Shown here: one piece after another, positions 1 to 9,724 of the stretch
How positions within the stretch are numbered: position 1 is the first letter of the stretch
Layout of the letters: each line of letters opens with the position of its first letter
Assembly: GCA_964507625.1 (NCBI GenBank)
Contig: CAZDPR010000002.1
Span: 368 to 64,367 of the forward strand
Reading direction: 5' to 3'
DNA from: an uncultured Candidatus Saccharibacteria bacterium
GTDB taxonomy: Bacteria; Patescibacteriota; Minisyncoccia; Phycocordibacterales; UBA1006
Length of the DNA: 64,000 nt
Program-made: the position numbers and the translations under genes
The notes under the pieces: generated by a model
Databases searched by the model: none
Told to the model about the DNA's origin: nothing
What the model saw: only the letters and a program-made list of their open reading frames with translations

Positions 1-215
1 ATATCAGACGAACGATTCATTTTTGCATCAACCGTTTGTGACATGGTATGTATTTTGTCATCGACGGTTCGCGAGAGTTCGTTCAGTTGTTGGAGAATTA
101 ATTTCAAACCAGTATCATCTTGTTTTATTTCTGGTAAATTTTTTTTATCGTTAAACGTATTATAGAGTAGCAGTGCACATACCACTGCAAGGAGTGTAAT
201 GATAATTATTTCCAT
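1..215 (-). CDS. Hypothetical membrane-anchored coiled-coil protein; N-terminal part only, gene runs off the window start
   Basis: Reverse-strand ATG at 213-215 followed by a hydrophobic N-terminus (MEIIIITLLAVVCALLLY...) and a charged helical region, open to position 1. Not in the ORF track because it is truncated by the window edge. Confidence 0.3.
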   Translation of the reverse strand, partial: MEIIIITLLAVVCALLLYNTFNDKKNLPEIKQDDTGLKLILQQLNELSRTVDDKIHTMSQTVDAKMNRSSD

Positions 216-258
216 AGACCTTCAGTATATCACAAAAATGTGATATACTCATTACTGT

Positions 259-711
259 ATGAAACTTCAAGAAAGTATTAAAAATGGCATTAAAGACGCC
301 ATGAAAAATAAAGATTCGGTTCGATTATTGGTACTCCGAGGATTATCAACTGCTTTTATGAATTATTCAGTTGCTCATGGAGGCACACCACAAACAGAAT
401 TAACTGACGAACAGGTGATTGATATTATTACTAAAGAAGCAAAAAAAAGAAAAGATTCGATAGAGCAATTTACTAATGCTGGGCGACCAGAGCTTGCGGA
501 AAAAGAATCTTCAGAATTAGTAATTCTCAATGAATTTCTTCCAAAATTAATGACACGGGAAGAATTAATTCCTATTGTGAAATCTACAATTAATGAATTT
601 AATAGTGATAAAAGTAAAACGGGAATGATTGTGGGGTCGCTTATGAAAGAATTAAAAGGGAAAGCTGATGGAGGTCTCGTAAAATTGTTAGTAGAGGAAA
701 TGTTACAATAA
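259..711 (+). CDS. GatB/YqeY-domain protein
   Basis: 150 aa; N-terminal KxxIxxDLKxAMKxKDxxRLxxLR pattern typical of the YqeY/GatB C-terminal domain family. Confidence 0.65.
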   Translation: MKLQESIKNGIKDAMKNKDSVRLLVLRGLSTAFMNYSVAHGGTPQTELTDEQVIDIITKEAKKRKDSIEQFTNAGRPELAEKESSELVILNEFLPKLMTREELIPIVKSTINEFNSDKSKTGMIVGSLMKELKGKADGGLVKLLVEEMLQ

Positions 712-714
712 AGT

Positions 715-1065
715 ATGATTAAATTATTTTTAAAATGGATTATTTTAACCATTGCGGTTATGCTCGTTGCTTATATTATCCCTGGTATTACAGTTACATC
801 ATGGGGTACAGCAATTTTAGTAGCATTAGTTTTAGGGATTATTAATACTTTTATTAAACCAGTGCTTAGTCTCCTTACAATACCCATTAATATTCTCACA
901 TTAGGAGTTGTAGGGGTATTAATTAATACAACATATTTTTGGTTCGTATCCGTGATTATTAAAGGGTTTACAATTACCGGATTTTGGTCTGCAGTGTTTG
1001 GATCAATTCTCGTATCATTCTTTGTTTGGATATTTTCACTGATAGTACCTGATAATACAAAATAA
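715..1065 (+). CDS. Small 4-TM membrane protein, YvlD / phage-holin-4 superfamily-like
   Basis: 116 aa, four hydrophobic segments; the GIINTFIKPVLSLLTIPINILTLGV motif resembles the YvlD/Holin-4 family. Confidence 0.5.
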   Translation: MIKLFLKWIILTIAVMLVAYIIPGITVTSWGTAILVALVLGIINTFIKPVLSLLTIPINILTLGVVGVLINTTYFWFVSVIIKGFTITGFWSAVFGSILVSFFVWIFSLIVPDNTK

Positions 1066-1092
1066 CATACCTGGTAGGGTATGTTATTTTTT
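1063..1092 (+). terminator. Rho-independent terminator
   Basis: AACATACC-tggta-GGGTATGTT stem followed by a T run. Confidence 0.5.
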
Positions 1093-1111
1093 TATGGTAA
1101 TATGATTTTAT

Positions 1112-2074
1112 ATGAAATTATTTCAAAAAATTATTCAACTTTTTTCAAAAACTATTACTATTGTGGTTCACGATGGAGGGTTTCATGCGGATGATGTAAC
1201 TGCAGTTGCTTTACTACGATTATATTATCGTGACAAAGGAAGGAAAATTAAAGTTATTCGGACGCGTGATGAGCTAATAATTAAACAAGCAGATGTAGTA
1301 TGCGATGTTGGTGGTATATATGACCCTGAAAAAAATAGGTTTGACCATCATCAGGTAGGCGGTGCCGGAAGTCGTGAAAACGGGATCCCGTATGCTTCGG
1401 TAGGTTTGGTTTGGAAAAAAATTGGGAAAGAGCTGTGTTTCCCATATGATTCGTTAGTTGAAAAAATAGATCGGGAATGTATTCAATTTATAGATGCTAA
1501 TGATAATGGTTATGATTTTGGTCAAAAACAAGAAGGTTTAGGGTCGCTTTCCTTTTCTTCTTCATTTATGATTTATAATGCTACATGGAAAGAAAAAGAA
1601 TGTTCTTGTGATAGCGATGATTATCATCGTTTTCTCTATGCGGTACAATTAGCAGAAGAATTTTTCGATCGATATATTTTGGTTTCAAAACAATCAATGG
1701 AGGCATCAGAAATTATTAAACAAGTATATGAAAGTTCTGTAGATAAAGAGGTTTTGGTTTTTGATAAAAATTTGACCCGCCCAGTATTTATTGCTCATCT
1801 GGTTAATTTCCCAGAACCTTTGTTTCATATCTATCCAGACCGATCAGGAACATGGAGTATTGAAACAGTTCCAGTAAATTTTGGAAGTTTCGACAAAAGG
1901 ATCTCATTTCCAAGCGAATGGGCAGGACTTCGTGATAAACAATTGCAAGAAAAATCTGGTTTTAACGATCTTGTATTTTGTCATAATTCATTATTTTTGT
2001 GTAAAACAAATACAAAAGAAAGTGCTTTACAAATAGCTGATTATGTTCGAAATATAAAAACTACGGGAAGGTAG
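1112..2074 (+). CDS. MYG1/UPF0160 family metal-dependent hydrolase
   Basis: HDGGFHADD near the N-terminus and the FDHHQ motif; length about 320 aa, typical of the family. Confidence 0.65.
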   Translation: MKLFQKIIQLFSKTITIVVHDGGFHADDVTAVALLRLYYRDKGRKIKVIRTRDELIIKQADVVCDVGGIYDPEKNRFDHHQVGGAGSRENGIPYASVGLVWKKIGKELCFPYDSLVEKIDRECIQFIDANDNGYDFGQKQEGLGSLSFSSSFMIYNATWKEKECSCDSDDYHRFLYAVQLAEEFFDRYILVSKQSMEASEIIKQVYESSVDKEVLVFDKNLTRPVFIAHLVNFPEPLFHIYPDRSGTWSIETVPVNFGSFDKRISFPSEWAGLRDKQLQEKSGFNDLVFCHNSLFLCKTNTKESALQIADYVRNIKTTGR

Positions 2075-2122
2075 TTTTTATTATTTGATTTTTTATTAAA
2101 AATGTGTTATTTTATAAAAATT

Positions 2123-3097
2123 ATGGCACTTATTGATGAAGTAATTATTTCAATCACTGCTGGGAAAGGTGGTGATGGAGTAGTACGATGGAGACAAGAA
2201 AAAGCAAAACCGCTTTCTGGACCAGGAGGAGGAAATGGTGGTCGCGGAGGCGATGTTTTTGTGATTGCAGTATCAGATATTGGATATTTAGATTTCTATC
2301 GGCATACCAAAGAATTTTTTGCTGAGAACGGGGAATCTGGGGCGAATTTTGGTCGGCAAGGAGGCGATGGTGAAGATTTAGAGTTAAAATTTCCTGTAGG
2401 ATCTATTATTACTAATAAAAATACAGGGGAAGTTTTTGAACTTACTCATGTTGGAGAACGTATTAAAGTATTAAGTGGGGGACGAGGAGGTCTTGGAAAT
2501 GAATATTTTAAAAGCTCTCGTAATGTTACTCCAAAAGAGTCAACTCCGGGAACATTGGGTGAGTTTGGTGAATTTCATATTGAACTTCGAATGTTTGCGG
2601 ATATTGGACTTGTTGGACTACCTTCTGCAGGGAAATCAACACTATTGAACGCGCTTACAAATGCAAAATCAAAAGTTGCAGAATATCACTTTACAACACT
2701 TGATCCACATCTTGGTGCATTTTATGAATTTATTATTGCAGATATTCCAGGAATTATTGAAGGAGCAGGGACTGGAAAGGGGTTAGGTATAAAATTCCTG
2801 AAACATATTGCACGAACCAAAGCAATTGCACATGTTATTGCGCTTGATTCAGAAACCATCGAACAAGATTACATAACGATTAGAAAAGAATTATCTGATT
2901 ATGATACTGAACTTGCAGAAAAAGATGAGATCATTATTTTAACAAAATTGGATATGGTTTCAGATTCAGAATTAAAAGAAAAATTGAAACTAATCAAAAA
3001 AATTGCACCCAAAAAAGAAATATTTATTGTGTCTGCTTATGACGATACTACAATAAAAACACTGAGCGACGGGCTAGTAAAATACTTACGGAAATAA
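2123..3097 (+). CDS. obg: GTPase Obg/CgtA
   Basis: Gly-rich Obg fold (GKGGDGVVRWRQEK, GGRGGDV); G motifs GLPSAGKST and DIPG; start chosen at MALIDEV, which matches the Obg N-terminus. Confidence 0.85.
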   Translation: MALIDEVIISITAGKGGDGVVRWRQEKAKPLSGPGGGNGGRGGDVFVIAVSDIGYLDFYRHTKEFFAENGESGANFGRQGGDGEDLELKFPVGSIITNKNTGEVFELTHVGERIKVLSGGRGGLGNEYFKSSRNVTPKESTPGTLGEFGEFHIELRMFADIGLVGLPSAGKSTLLNALTNAKSKVAEYHFTTLDPHLGAFYEFIIADIPGIIEGAGTGKGLGIKFLKHIARTKAIAHVIALDSETIEQDYITIRKELSDYDTELAEKDEIIILTKLDMVSDSELKEKLKLIKKIAPKKEIFIVSAYDDTTIKTLSDGLVKYLRK

Positions 3098-3099
3098 AA

Positions 3100-3127
3100 A
3101 ATAACAAGGTTTTCAAAACCTTGTTAT
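3100..3127. terminator. Palindromic terminator between obg and gatB
   Basis: ATAACAAGGTTTTCAAAACCTTGTTAT perfect palindrome followed by TTTT. Confidence 0.5.
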
Positions 3128-3144
3128 TTTGGTATAGTACCACC

Positions 3145-4599
3145 ATGATTGAACGAAATGGAAAAACTTATTATCCGGTCATTGGACTTGAAATTCACGC
3201 TGAACTTGCAACCGACAGTAAAATGTTCTGTAGTTGTAAAAACGACCCTGACGAAGAAACTCCCAATAAAAATACCTGTCCGGTATGTTTGGCTCACCCA
3301 GGAACACTGCCTGTACCTAATCAAACTGCCATTGAATCAATGATAAAAATTGGACTCGCCGTAAATGGAACGATTGCAAACTTTTCTGAATTTGATCGGA
3401 AAAACTATTTTTACCCAGATATTCCGAAAGGATACCAGATTTCACAATATAAATACCCAATTGTTTCTGGTGGTGAATTAGCAGGAGTAAAAATTACACG
3501 TATTCATCTCGAGGAAGATACAGCAACATCCAAACATGATCGAGGAAATTTTTCATTAGTGGATTTTAACCGAGCCGGAGTACCTTTGATGGAACTTGTA
3601 ACAGAGCCGGTGATTCACGATTCTGAAACAGTGATAAAGTTTGCAAAAGAGCTTCAATTATTATTGCGAACATTAGGAGTAGGGCATGCAAATATTGAAA
3701 AAGGGGAAATGCGTATCGAAGTAAACGTTTCTGTTTCTACTGACCCAAATACATTTGGAACTAAAACAGAGGTAAAAAATATCGGTTCAATTACTGCAGC
3801 TGGGCGTGCAGCAGCTTATGAAATTGACCGGATGATCGCTCTCCACGAAGCAGGACGACCTGATGAAATAGTACAAGAAACGAGAGGTTGGGACGATGTA
3901 AAACAAATGACAATTTCACAACGAAAAAAAGAAAGTTCCCACGATTACCGTTATTTTCCAGATCCTGACTTACCAAAAATGTATATTCATGAAATGTTTG
4001 ATTTAGAAAAATTGAAATCAGAACTTCCAGAATTACCTTGGCAAAAACGAGAACGATATGCAAAAGATTTCGGTATTAAAGAAGAAGATATTGAAACTTA
4101 TCTTAACGATCGACCGATTGGGTATTGGTTTGAAGAAATTGCAGAAATATTACAAGATCGAGAAAAAATAAAACTTGCGTCGAATTATATTATTTCAGAT
4201 TTTCTTGGGTTGCGAAAAAATAATGAAAAAACAATTATTATTTTACCAGATCGTATTGCTGAATTAATTACAATGATTGCTGACAAGGAAATATCGTCAC
4301 GCGTTGCAAAAGATATTCTTGCAAAAATATGTATTCCTCGTGAGGAAGATGATATGATGGATTTGCGTTCTCCTCGAGAAATCGCAGAATCAGAGGGCTT
4401 GATCCAAAAGAGTGATCCAGAATTATTAAAATCAGTAGTCCAGAAAGTTATTGATGCGAATCCAGAAAAAGTCGCAGAATATAGGTCTGGTAAAGAGGCA
4501 TTGCTCATGTTTTTTGTAGGGCAAATTATGAAAGAAACAAAGGGGAGCGGGAATCCACAAATGATTCAAGATATTTTAAAACAAGAATTGAAAAAATAA
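3145..4599 (+). CDS. gatB: Asp/Glu-tRNA(Asn/Gln) amidotransferase subunit B
   Basis: YYPVIGLEIHAELATDSKMFCSC N-terminus, plus the tail and YqeY-like C-terminal domain; no gatA/gatC adjacent. Confidence 0.85.
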   Translation: MIERNGKTYYPVIGLEIHAELATDSKMFCSCKNDPDEETPNKNTCPVCLAHPGTLPVPNQTAIESMIKIGLAVNGTIANFSEFDRKNYFYPDIPKGYQISQYKYPIVSGGELAGVKITRIHLEEDTATSKHDRGNFSLVDFNRAGVPLMELVTEPVIHDSETVIKFAKELQLLLRTLGVGHANIEKGEMRIEVNVSVSTDPNTFGTKTEVKNIGSITAAGRAAAYEIDRMIALHEAGRPDEIVQETRGWDDVKQMTISQRKKESSHDYRYFPDPDLPKMYIHEMFDLEKLKSELPELPWQKRERYAKDFGIKEEDIETYLNDRPIGYWFEEIAEILQDREKIKLASNYIISDFLGLRKNNEKTIIILPDRIAELITMIADKEISSRVAKDILAKICIPREEDDMMDLRSPREIAESEGLIQKSDPELLKSVVQKVIDANPEKVAEYRSGKEALLMFFVGQIMKETKGSGNPQMIQDILKQELKK

Positions 4600-4600
4600 A

Positions 4601-4630
4601 AAACGAGTTTCAATGACTCGTTTTTGTTTT
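4601..4630. terminator. Bidirectional terminator
   Basis: AACGAGT-ttcaatg-ACTCGTT stem flanked by A and T runs, between convergent genes. Confidence 0.5.
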
Positions 4631-5018
4631 AAGAAATATATCTTTCGAACATTTCTTGTGTTGTTTCTTTGGAATATTTTTGTACGAATATTTTTTGTTC
4701 AGTTTTTTCTGAAACAAAAACTTGATATGATGCGCCAATGTGTAATAATTCTGCAGGAATGTAATTAACAATATCCATGATAATACAAGGCAAATCTTCT
4801 TCATTTTCTCTAATTATCCGAAACACAAATAGTCCATTCTTCTGGGTAGTACCAACAAGTTTTATGATAGTACTTTTTTGAAATCCTTGAATCCACTTTT
4901 TTGGAGTTGTTTCTGGGTATCTGCGATATCCTAAAGCATAAACCTCTTTTACTCCTTTTAAAAAGAAAATTATTGCAATAATTATAATTACCGCAAGTCC
5001 TAACAAAATTTTATCCAT
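4629..5018 (-). CDS. Hypothetical signal-anchored protein
   Basis: 129 aa with an N-terminal TM helix; no recognisable domain. Confidence 0.3.
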   Translation of the reverse strand: MDKILLGLAVIIIIAIIFFLKGVKEVYALGYRRYPETTPKKWIQGFQKSTIIKLVGTTQKNGLFVFRIIRENEEDLPCIIMDIVNYIPAELLHIGASYQVFVSEKTEQKIFVQKYSKETTQEMFERYIS

Positions 5019-5057
5019 GTCAGTTGTTTTTTTTATTTATAACATAAACATTTTTTA

Positions 5058-5861
5058 TTGTCAAAAATAAATTTATCAATGACTTTTTTATCTATTTTTG
5101 ATATAGTCATACATATGAACGAACAAAAAGGGCGCTCACACCCAATTTCTATTATTACCAATGATATGGTCCGTATTTTTACCAATATGGGTTTTTCTGT
5201 GGCTATGGGACCAGAAATGGAAACTGAATGGTATAACTTTGATGCATTAAATGTTGCAAAAGATCACCCTGCCCGAGACATGCAGGACACGTTTTGGATT
5301 AAAACCGATGAGAAACCGGTACTTGATGAGCAAGGAAACAGTTTACGCCCCGTAATGCGAACCCATACATCACCCGTACAAATCCGTTATATGCAAAATT
5401 TCGTACAATCTGGAAAAAGTTTGGAGGATGAAACCATTGCGATTATTGCCCCAGGGAAAGTGTTCCGCAATGAAGCCACCGATGCAACCCATGAAGCGCA
5501 ATTCCATCAAATCGAAGGATTAGTAGTTGGTAAAGAAATTTCAATGGCACACCTGAAAGGAATACTGCTCGAATTTTTCAAACAATTTATTGGACCGGAT
5601 GCAGAAATTCGTTTACGACCCAGCTATTTCCCATTCGTAGAACCGGGATTAGAAGTAGATGTAAAAGTAAAAGGGAAATGGGTAGAAATGTTAGGGGCTG
5701 GACTTGTGCACCCTCGAGTACTTGAAAATGCTGGAATTGATGCAAGTAAATATTCAGGATTAGCGTTCGGGATGGGAATTGATCGATTGGTAATGTTAAA
5801 AACAGGAATTAATGATGTTCGACATTTATATCAAGGAGATTTACGAATTAATCAGTTTTAA
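5058..5861 (+). CDS. pheS: Phenylalanine--tRNA ligase alpha subunit (short form, catalytic core only)
   Basis: FPFVEPGLEVDV and GMGIDRLVMLKTGINDVRHLY class-II motifs. It lacks the usual roughly 100-aa N-terminal helical domain. An alternative start at 5115 is possible. Confidence 0.85.
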   Translation: MSKINLSMTFLSIFDIVIHMNEQKGRSHPISIITNDMVRIFTNMGFSVAMGPEMETEWYNFDALNVAKDHPARDMQDTFWIKTDEKPVLDEQGNSLRPVMRTHTSPVQIRYMQNFVQSGKSLEDETIAIIAPGKVFRNEATDATHEAQFHQIEGLVVGKEISMAHLKGILLEFFKQFIGPDAEIRLRPSYFPFVEPGLEVDVKVKGKWVEMLGAGLVHPRVLENAGIDASKYSGLAFGMGIDRLVMLKTGINDVRHLYQGDLRINQF

Positions 5862-5862
5862 T

Positions 5863-6285
5863 ATGAAAAATTTAGAAACATTTTTACAACAGCTTGATGA
5901 GTTAAATTTAGATATTAACCAATATTTTATTTCAAGTAGTGGTAGCTTAGCCGCGCGTGGAATTCGTGACTGTAATGATTTAGATGTTATTGTGACTCAA
6001 AGTTTATTTAGTAATTTAAAGAAAAGATTTCCTGCAACATTTAAAGAAAATAACTACTCTCAGATTGTCTCATATAAAAATATAGATTTTATATACATAA
6101 CAAAAGGTGACCGTAAATATTCAACAAAAGATCAGATCGATTCTTCTGATATAATATTTGGTAAACGATTTCAAAACTTGGATGTAACAAAATATTTTAA
6201 ACAACTTAGTGCACGTGAAAAAGATCTTACTGATCTTGAACTTATAAATCAATATAAGAAAAATTTAAATATTTCTGAGGAATAA
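5863..6285 (+). CDS. Minimal nucleotidyltransferase (MNT / Pol-beta fold) protein
   Basis: SSSGSLAARGIRDCNDLDVIV matches the GS-x9-13-DxD signature of the NTase fold; 141 aa; starts 1 nt after the pheS stop. Confidence 0.5.
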   Translation: MKNLETFLQQLDELNLDINQYFISSSGSLAARGIRDCNDLDVIVTQSLFSNLKKRFPATFKENNYSQIVSYKNIDFIYITKGDRKYSTKDQIDSSDIIFGKRFQNLDVTKYFKQLSAREKDLTDLELINQYKKNLNISEE

Positions 6286-6351
6286 TTTCAAGAAAAAATT
6301 TAATTCCAGATTTTCTGATGAGATAAAATATTAAAAAATAAACTTTAAATT

Positions 6352-6951
6352 ATGGAACCAAAATTTTCACCTGAAAAACCAAAAGGAGATAAGTGGGAAC
6401 GGGCAATCCTTTTAGAGAGAGAAAAACAACCTACCCATTCTTTAATGATAAAAGCTCTTCGAGAGGTTGCAAACAAAAATTCTGCCTTGATTTTAGGGGA
6501 TGCATGCAAAGTAAATTCAAAATATTTAATTGAAGAATCAGGATTTCAATCTGTTGATAATGTAGACCAAAGCCCGCTCATTAATGATGATTACTATGTT
6601 TCTGAAAAACTTCATAATCACCAAGTCCTTTTTGGGGATTATGATTTTCCAGAAAATAAATATGATTTTATTTATGGTAAATCAATAACTTTTTTACATA
6701 AAGAAATACTTGAAAAAACTTTATTAAAAATTGAAAAGTCATTGAAGCAAGATGGAATTTTCACTTCAATTTGGTTGTTACCAAAAAATACAATGGTTTC
6801 AATAGGGAAATGGGAAAAAGAAAAAATAGAAAAAGCTTTAGGAAATTTACAACTTACAATTTTATCTCAACAAGAAATTTTACAAGAGGGTAAGAACCTA
6901 GGAGGTAAAGAAGGTGTTTCTCATTGTTTGGAAGTAGTAATGAAAAAATAA
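6352..6951 (+). CDS. Hypothetical protein with degenerate class-I SAM-methyltransferase-like fold
   Basis: ILGDACKVN (motif I-like, Gly-poor), acidic residue about 20 aa later, YDFIYGKS (post-I) and LKQDGIF (motif III-like); also an N-terminal RxxxxxH. Confidence 0.3.
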   Translation: MEPKFSPEKPKGDKWERAILLEREKQPTHSLMIKALREVANKNSALILGDACKVNSKYLIEESGFQSVDNVDQSPLINDDYYVSEKLHNHQVLFGDYDFPENKYDFIYGKSITFLHKEILEKTLLKIEKSLKQDGIFTSIWLLPKNTMVSIGKWEKEKIEKALGNLQLTILSQQEILQEGKNLGGKEGVSHCLEVVMKK

Positions 6952-6953
6952 AT

Positions 6954-8747
6954 ATGAAAATCTCTTATAATTGGCTACAATCACATATTGCAGAACCATT
7001 ACCAGAACCTGCAGAACTCGCTGAAAAAATTATTTTCGGCGCTTTTGAGGTAGAAGAAAAGGAGGTAGTAGGGGATGATACAATTTTCGAAATTAAAGTT
7101 CTTCCTGATCGCGCGCATGACTGTTTGTCACACCAGGGAATGGCACGGGAAATTGCGGGATTATTGGGATCACAATTTATTGATCCGACTGAAAAATTTA
7201 TTATCCCGGAATCACAGTCAACCAAACTAGAAGTAAATATACAAACAGATTTATGCAGGCGGTATTCTGCACGAATTATTCGCAATGTAAAAATCGGACC
7301 TAGTCCTGATTGGATCGTAAAACACCTAGAATCAATTGGACAAAAAAGTATCAACAATATTGTAGATGCGACCAATTTGGTAATGTTTGATTGCGGACAA
7401 CCAACCCATGCATTTGATATTAAAAAACTTGAAAGTGAAAAAATTATTATAAAGATAGTAGATTCAGAAACTGTTATTACCACACTTTCAAACGAGGAAA
7501 AAATATTACAATCCGGAGAAATGGTTATTGCAGATGAAAAAGATATCCTCGCAATCGCAGGGGTAAAAGGTGGGAATCATGCAGAGGTGGATCAAAATAC
7601 TACCGATATACTGATAGAGGTTGCGAACTTTGATCCAACTACCGTGCGAAAAACTGCTCGTCGATTAAATATTCTAACCGATAGTGCAAAACGATTTGAA
7701 AATGAATTAACTCCAGAATTGGTCAATTATGCAATGCGGGAATTATCTGCAACCATCCTCGAAATGTGTCCTGATGCAATTTTTGAAGACATTGTTGATG
7801 TATATCCAAATCCTACCAAGCAACAACATGTGCAATTTTCTACACGTTATATTGCACAAAAACTGGGTACTGATATTTCATCAGAAAATATTGTAAACAT
7901 TCTCACACAATATCACTACGAATTCGCACAAGAAGGTGATACGTTTACCGTTGGAATTCCGTTTGAACGAATTGATATCACCGGAGCTCATGACATGGTA
8001 GAAGAAATTGGAAGAGTGTACGGATACAATAATATCCCTGCAACAATTCCAGAACTTTCCCAAAAACCTACAATACATAAGGAATACGCAAAAATTCTTG
8101 CAATAAAAAATGATTTAATACAAAAAGGGTATCACGAAGTAATGACGTATTCATTCCGTAAAAAGGGTCATTATGAAGTCGCTCGAGGTCCTGTTGGAAA
8201 ATCTGCATTGCGGAAAAATTTGATTGATGGGCTCACAGAATCATTTGAAATGAATCGATTAAATAAAGACTTCTTGGAAATTGATACTATGCAATTTTTT
8301 GAAATCGGAACTGTTTTTGAAAACAGTGGCGAGGTAATACACGTTGCGTACATTGATAAAAAACAAACCAAGGAATGTACGCTCGATGAATATATTCGTG
8401 AACATAACCTAAAAGTTTCAGACGATCATTATGAATTAATGAATACTAAAATTTCTGGAGAATTTATCCAATGGTCAGACTATCCATGTATGAGTCGCGA
8501 TATTGCTGTTTGGGTCTCTGATGATAGTTTAGCAAATGAAATTCAAAATATTATCATAGAAAATGCAGGAGAATTCATGGTAAAAGGTCCACGATTATTT
8601 GATACGTTTTCAAAAGACGGAAAAACATCTTATGCATTCCGTATGGTATTCCAAGCAAAAGACCGAACGCTTACCGAAGAAGAAGTTTCTAGTCCCATGC
8701 AAAAAATTACTGAAAAACTCACCGAACAAGACTGGGAAGTACGCTAG
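6954..8747 (+). CDS. pheT: Phenylalanine--tRNA ligase beta subunit (short form)
   Basis: MKISYNWL start typical of PheT; B3/4 and B5 region and C-terminal FDV-like domain; about 600 aa, lacking the N-terminal tRNA-binding domain. Confidence 0.8.
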   Translation: MKISYNWLQSHIAEPLPEPAELAEKIIFGAFEVEEKEVVGDDTIFEIKVLPDRAHDCLSHQGMAREIAGLLGSQFIDPTEKFIIPESQSTKLEVNIQTDLCRRYSARIIRNVKIGPSPDWIVKHLESIGQKSINNIVDATNLVMFDCGQPTHAFDIKKLESEKIIIKIVDSETVITTLSNEEKILQSGEMVIADEKDILAIAGVKGGNHAEVDQNTTDILIEVANFDPTTVRKTARRLNILTDSAKRFENELTPELVNYAMRELSATILEMCPDAIFEDIVDVYPNPTKQQHVQFSTRYIAQKLGTDISSENIVNILTQYHYEFAQEGDTFTVGIPFERIDITGAHDMVEEIGRVYGYNNIPATIPELSQKPTIHKEYAKILAIKNDLIQKGYHEVMTYSFRKKGHYEVARGPVGKSALRKNLIDGLTESFEMNRLNKDFLEIDTMQFFEIGTVFENSGEVIHVAYIDKKQTKECTLDEYIREHNLKVSDDHYELMNTKISGEFIQWSDYPCMSRDIAVWVSDDSLANEIQNIIIENAGEFMVKGPRLFDTFSKDGKTSYAFRMVFQAKDRTLTEEEVSSPMQKITEKLTEQDWEVR

Positions 8748-8792
8748 TTGCAAAATACCACAATTCGTGGTATTTTTTGTGAAAATATATTT

Positions 8793-9656
8793 ATGGAACA
8801 CTGGATTTTTTATTCAATCATTGCAACTGTTGCACTGGGTATATCAATGGCACTTTATAAAACTCCTTCTCTAAAAGGGTATAGTTCGTTGGTTTCAACT
8901 TTTTGGACGAATTTATTTTCATTCCTTATTGTTGTCTTTTGTTTATTTTTTATTGGAAATATAAACATTTTTCAAGTTAAAATTTCTTGGTTTGGAATTT
9001 TCTGGGGGATACTATTTGGGATTAATATGATTTTAACAAAAAACATCCTTAAAAAGGGAGATGTTGGTTCTATTTTACCAGTAACTTCTTCACTGAGTAA
9101 TGTTTTAGTTATTTTAATAGGTTTAATAATATTGTCTGAAAAATTAACAATAATTCAAGCATTAGGAACCTTTTTAATTTTGGTATCTGTATTCTTTTTT
9201 ACAAAGAAAGATATGAATTTTCCAAAAATAAATCTGAGTGTTATATTTTTGATACTCGGAATTTTAACCACTTCTGTAATTTCAAAGTATATTCAAAAAC
9301 TCGGAGTAGTTTATGACCCAGTTGTATCCTTTATGATATTTCAATACTTGGGCGCGTCCATTATTGCTTTGTTTTTTTATCTATTTCTTGAAAAAAATAA
9401 CTTCAAAGAAATCAAAAGTTTTGGAACCTACTGGAAAAATACACTACTCATAGCCATTTTTTCTGTTTTAGGTGGGTGGGCGATATTGAAAGCTTTATCA
9501 ATCGGACCACTTTCTGGGGTATATGCAATTCATCCTGGGTATACTTTTATATCAGCATTTATTGGCTATCTATTTTTTAAAGAAAAAATGACAAGAAACA
9601 AGTTACTACTTATTCTTATAACTATTTTAGGGGTTATTCTTATAAAAATTGGATAA
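8793..9656 (+). CDS. Polytopic membrane protein, DMT/EamA-like transporter
   Basis: About 10 predicted TM helices in two halves; weak EamA-like pattern. Confidence 0.35.
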   Translation: MEHWIFYSIIATVALGISMALYKTPSLKGYSSLVSTFWTNLFSFLIVVFCLFFIGNINIFQVKISWFGIFWGILFGINMILTKNILKKGDVGSILPVTSSLSNVLVILIGLIILSEKLTIIQALGTFLILVSVFFFTKKDMNFPKINLSVIFLILGILTTSVISKYIQKLGVVYDPVVSFMIFQYLGASIIALFFYLFLEKNNFKEIKSFGTYWKNTLLIAIFSVLGGWAILKALSIGPLSGVYAIHPGYTFISAFIGYLFFKEKMTRNKLLLILITILGVILIKIG

Positions 9657-9662
9657 TTCAAA

Positions 9663-9690
9663 CAGGTACGCAAGTACCTGTTTTTTCTTG
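9663..9690 (+). terminator. Rho-independent terminator
   Basis: ACAGGTAC-gcaa-GTACCTGT followed by TTTTTTCTT. Confidence 0.55.
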
Positions 9691-9724
9691 CATTTTTTCA
9701 AAAATCCTGTATAGTATACCCATT

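Noticed and set aside
375-752. Antisense ORFs embedded in well-supported genes (e.g. 375-752, 3124-3324, 6965-7483, 17139-17501, 54403-54828, 57015-57470, 57816-58136)
   Set aside because: Each lies entirely inside a strongly supported gene on the opposite strand, has low-complexity or Ser/Cys/Ile-rich translations, and lacks any motif. They are treated as spurious shadow ORFs.
8599-8874. 91-aa ORF spanning the pheT end and the start of the next gene
   Set aside because: Overlaps the C-terminus of pheT in another frame; no support.
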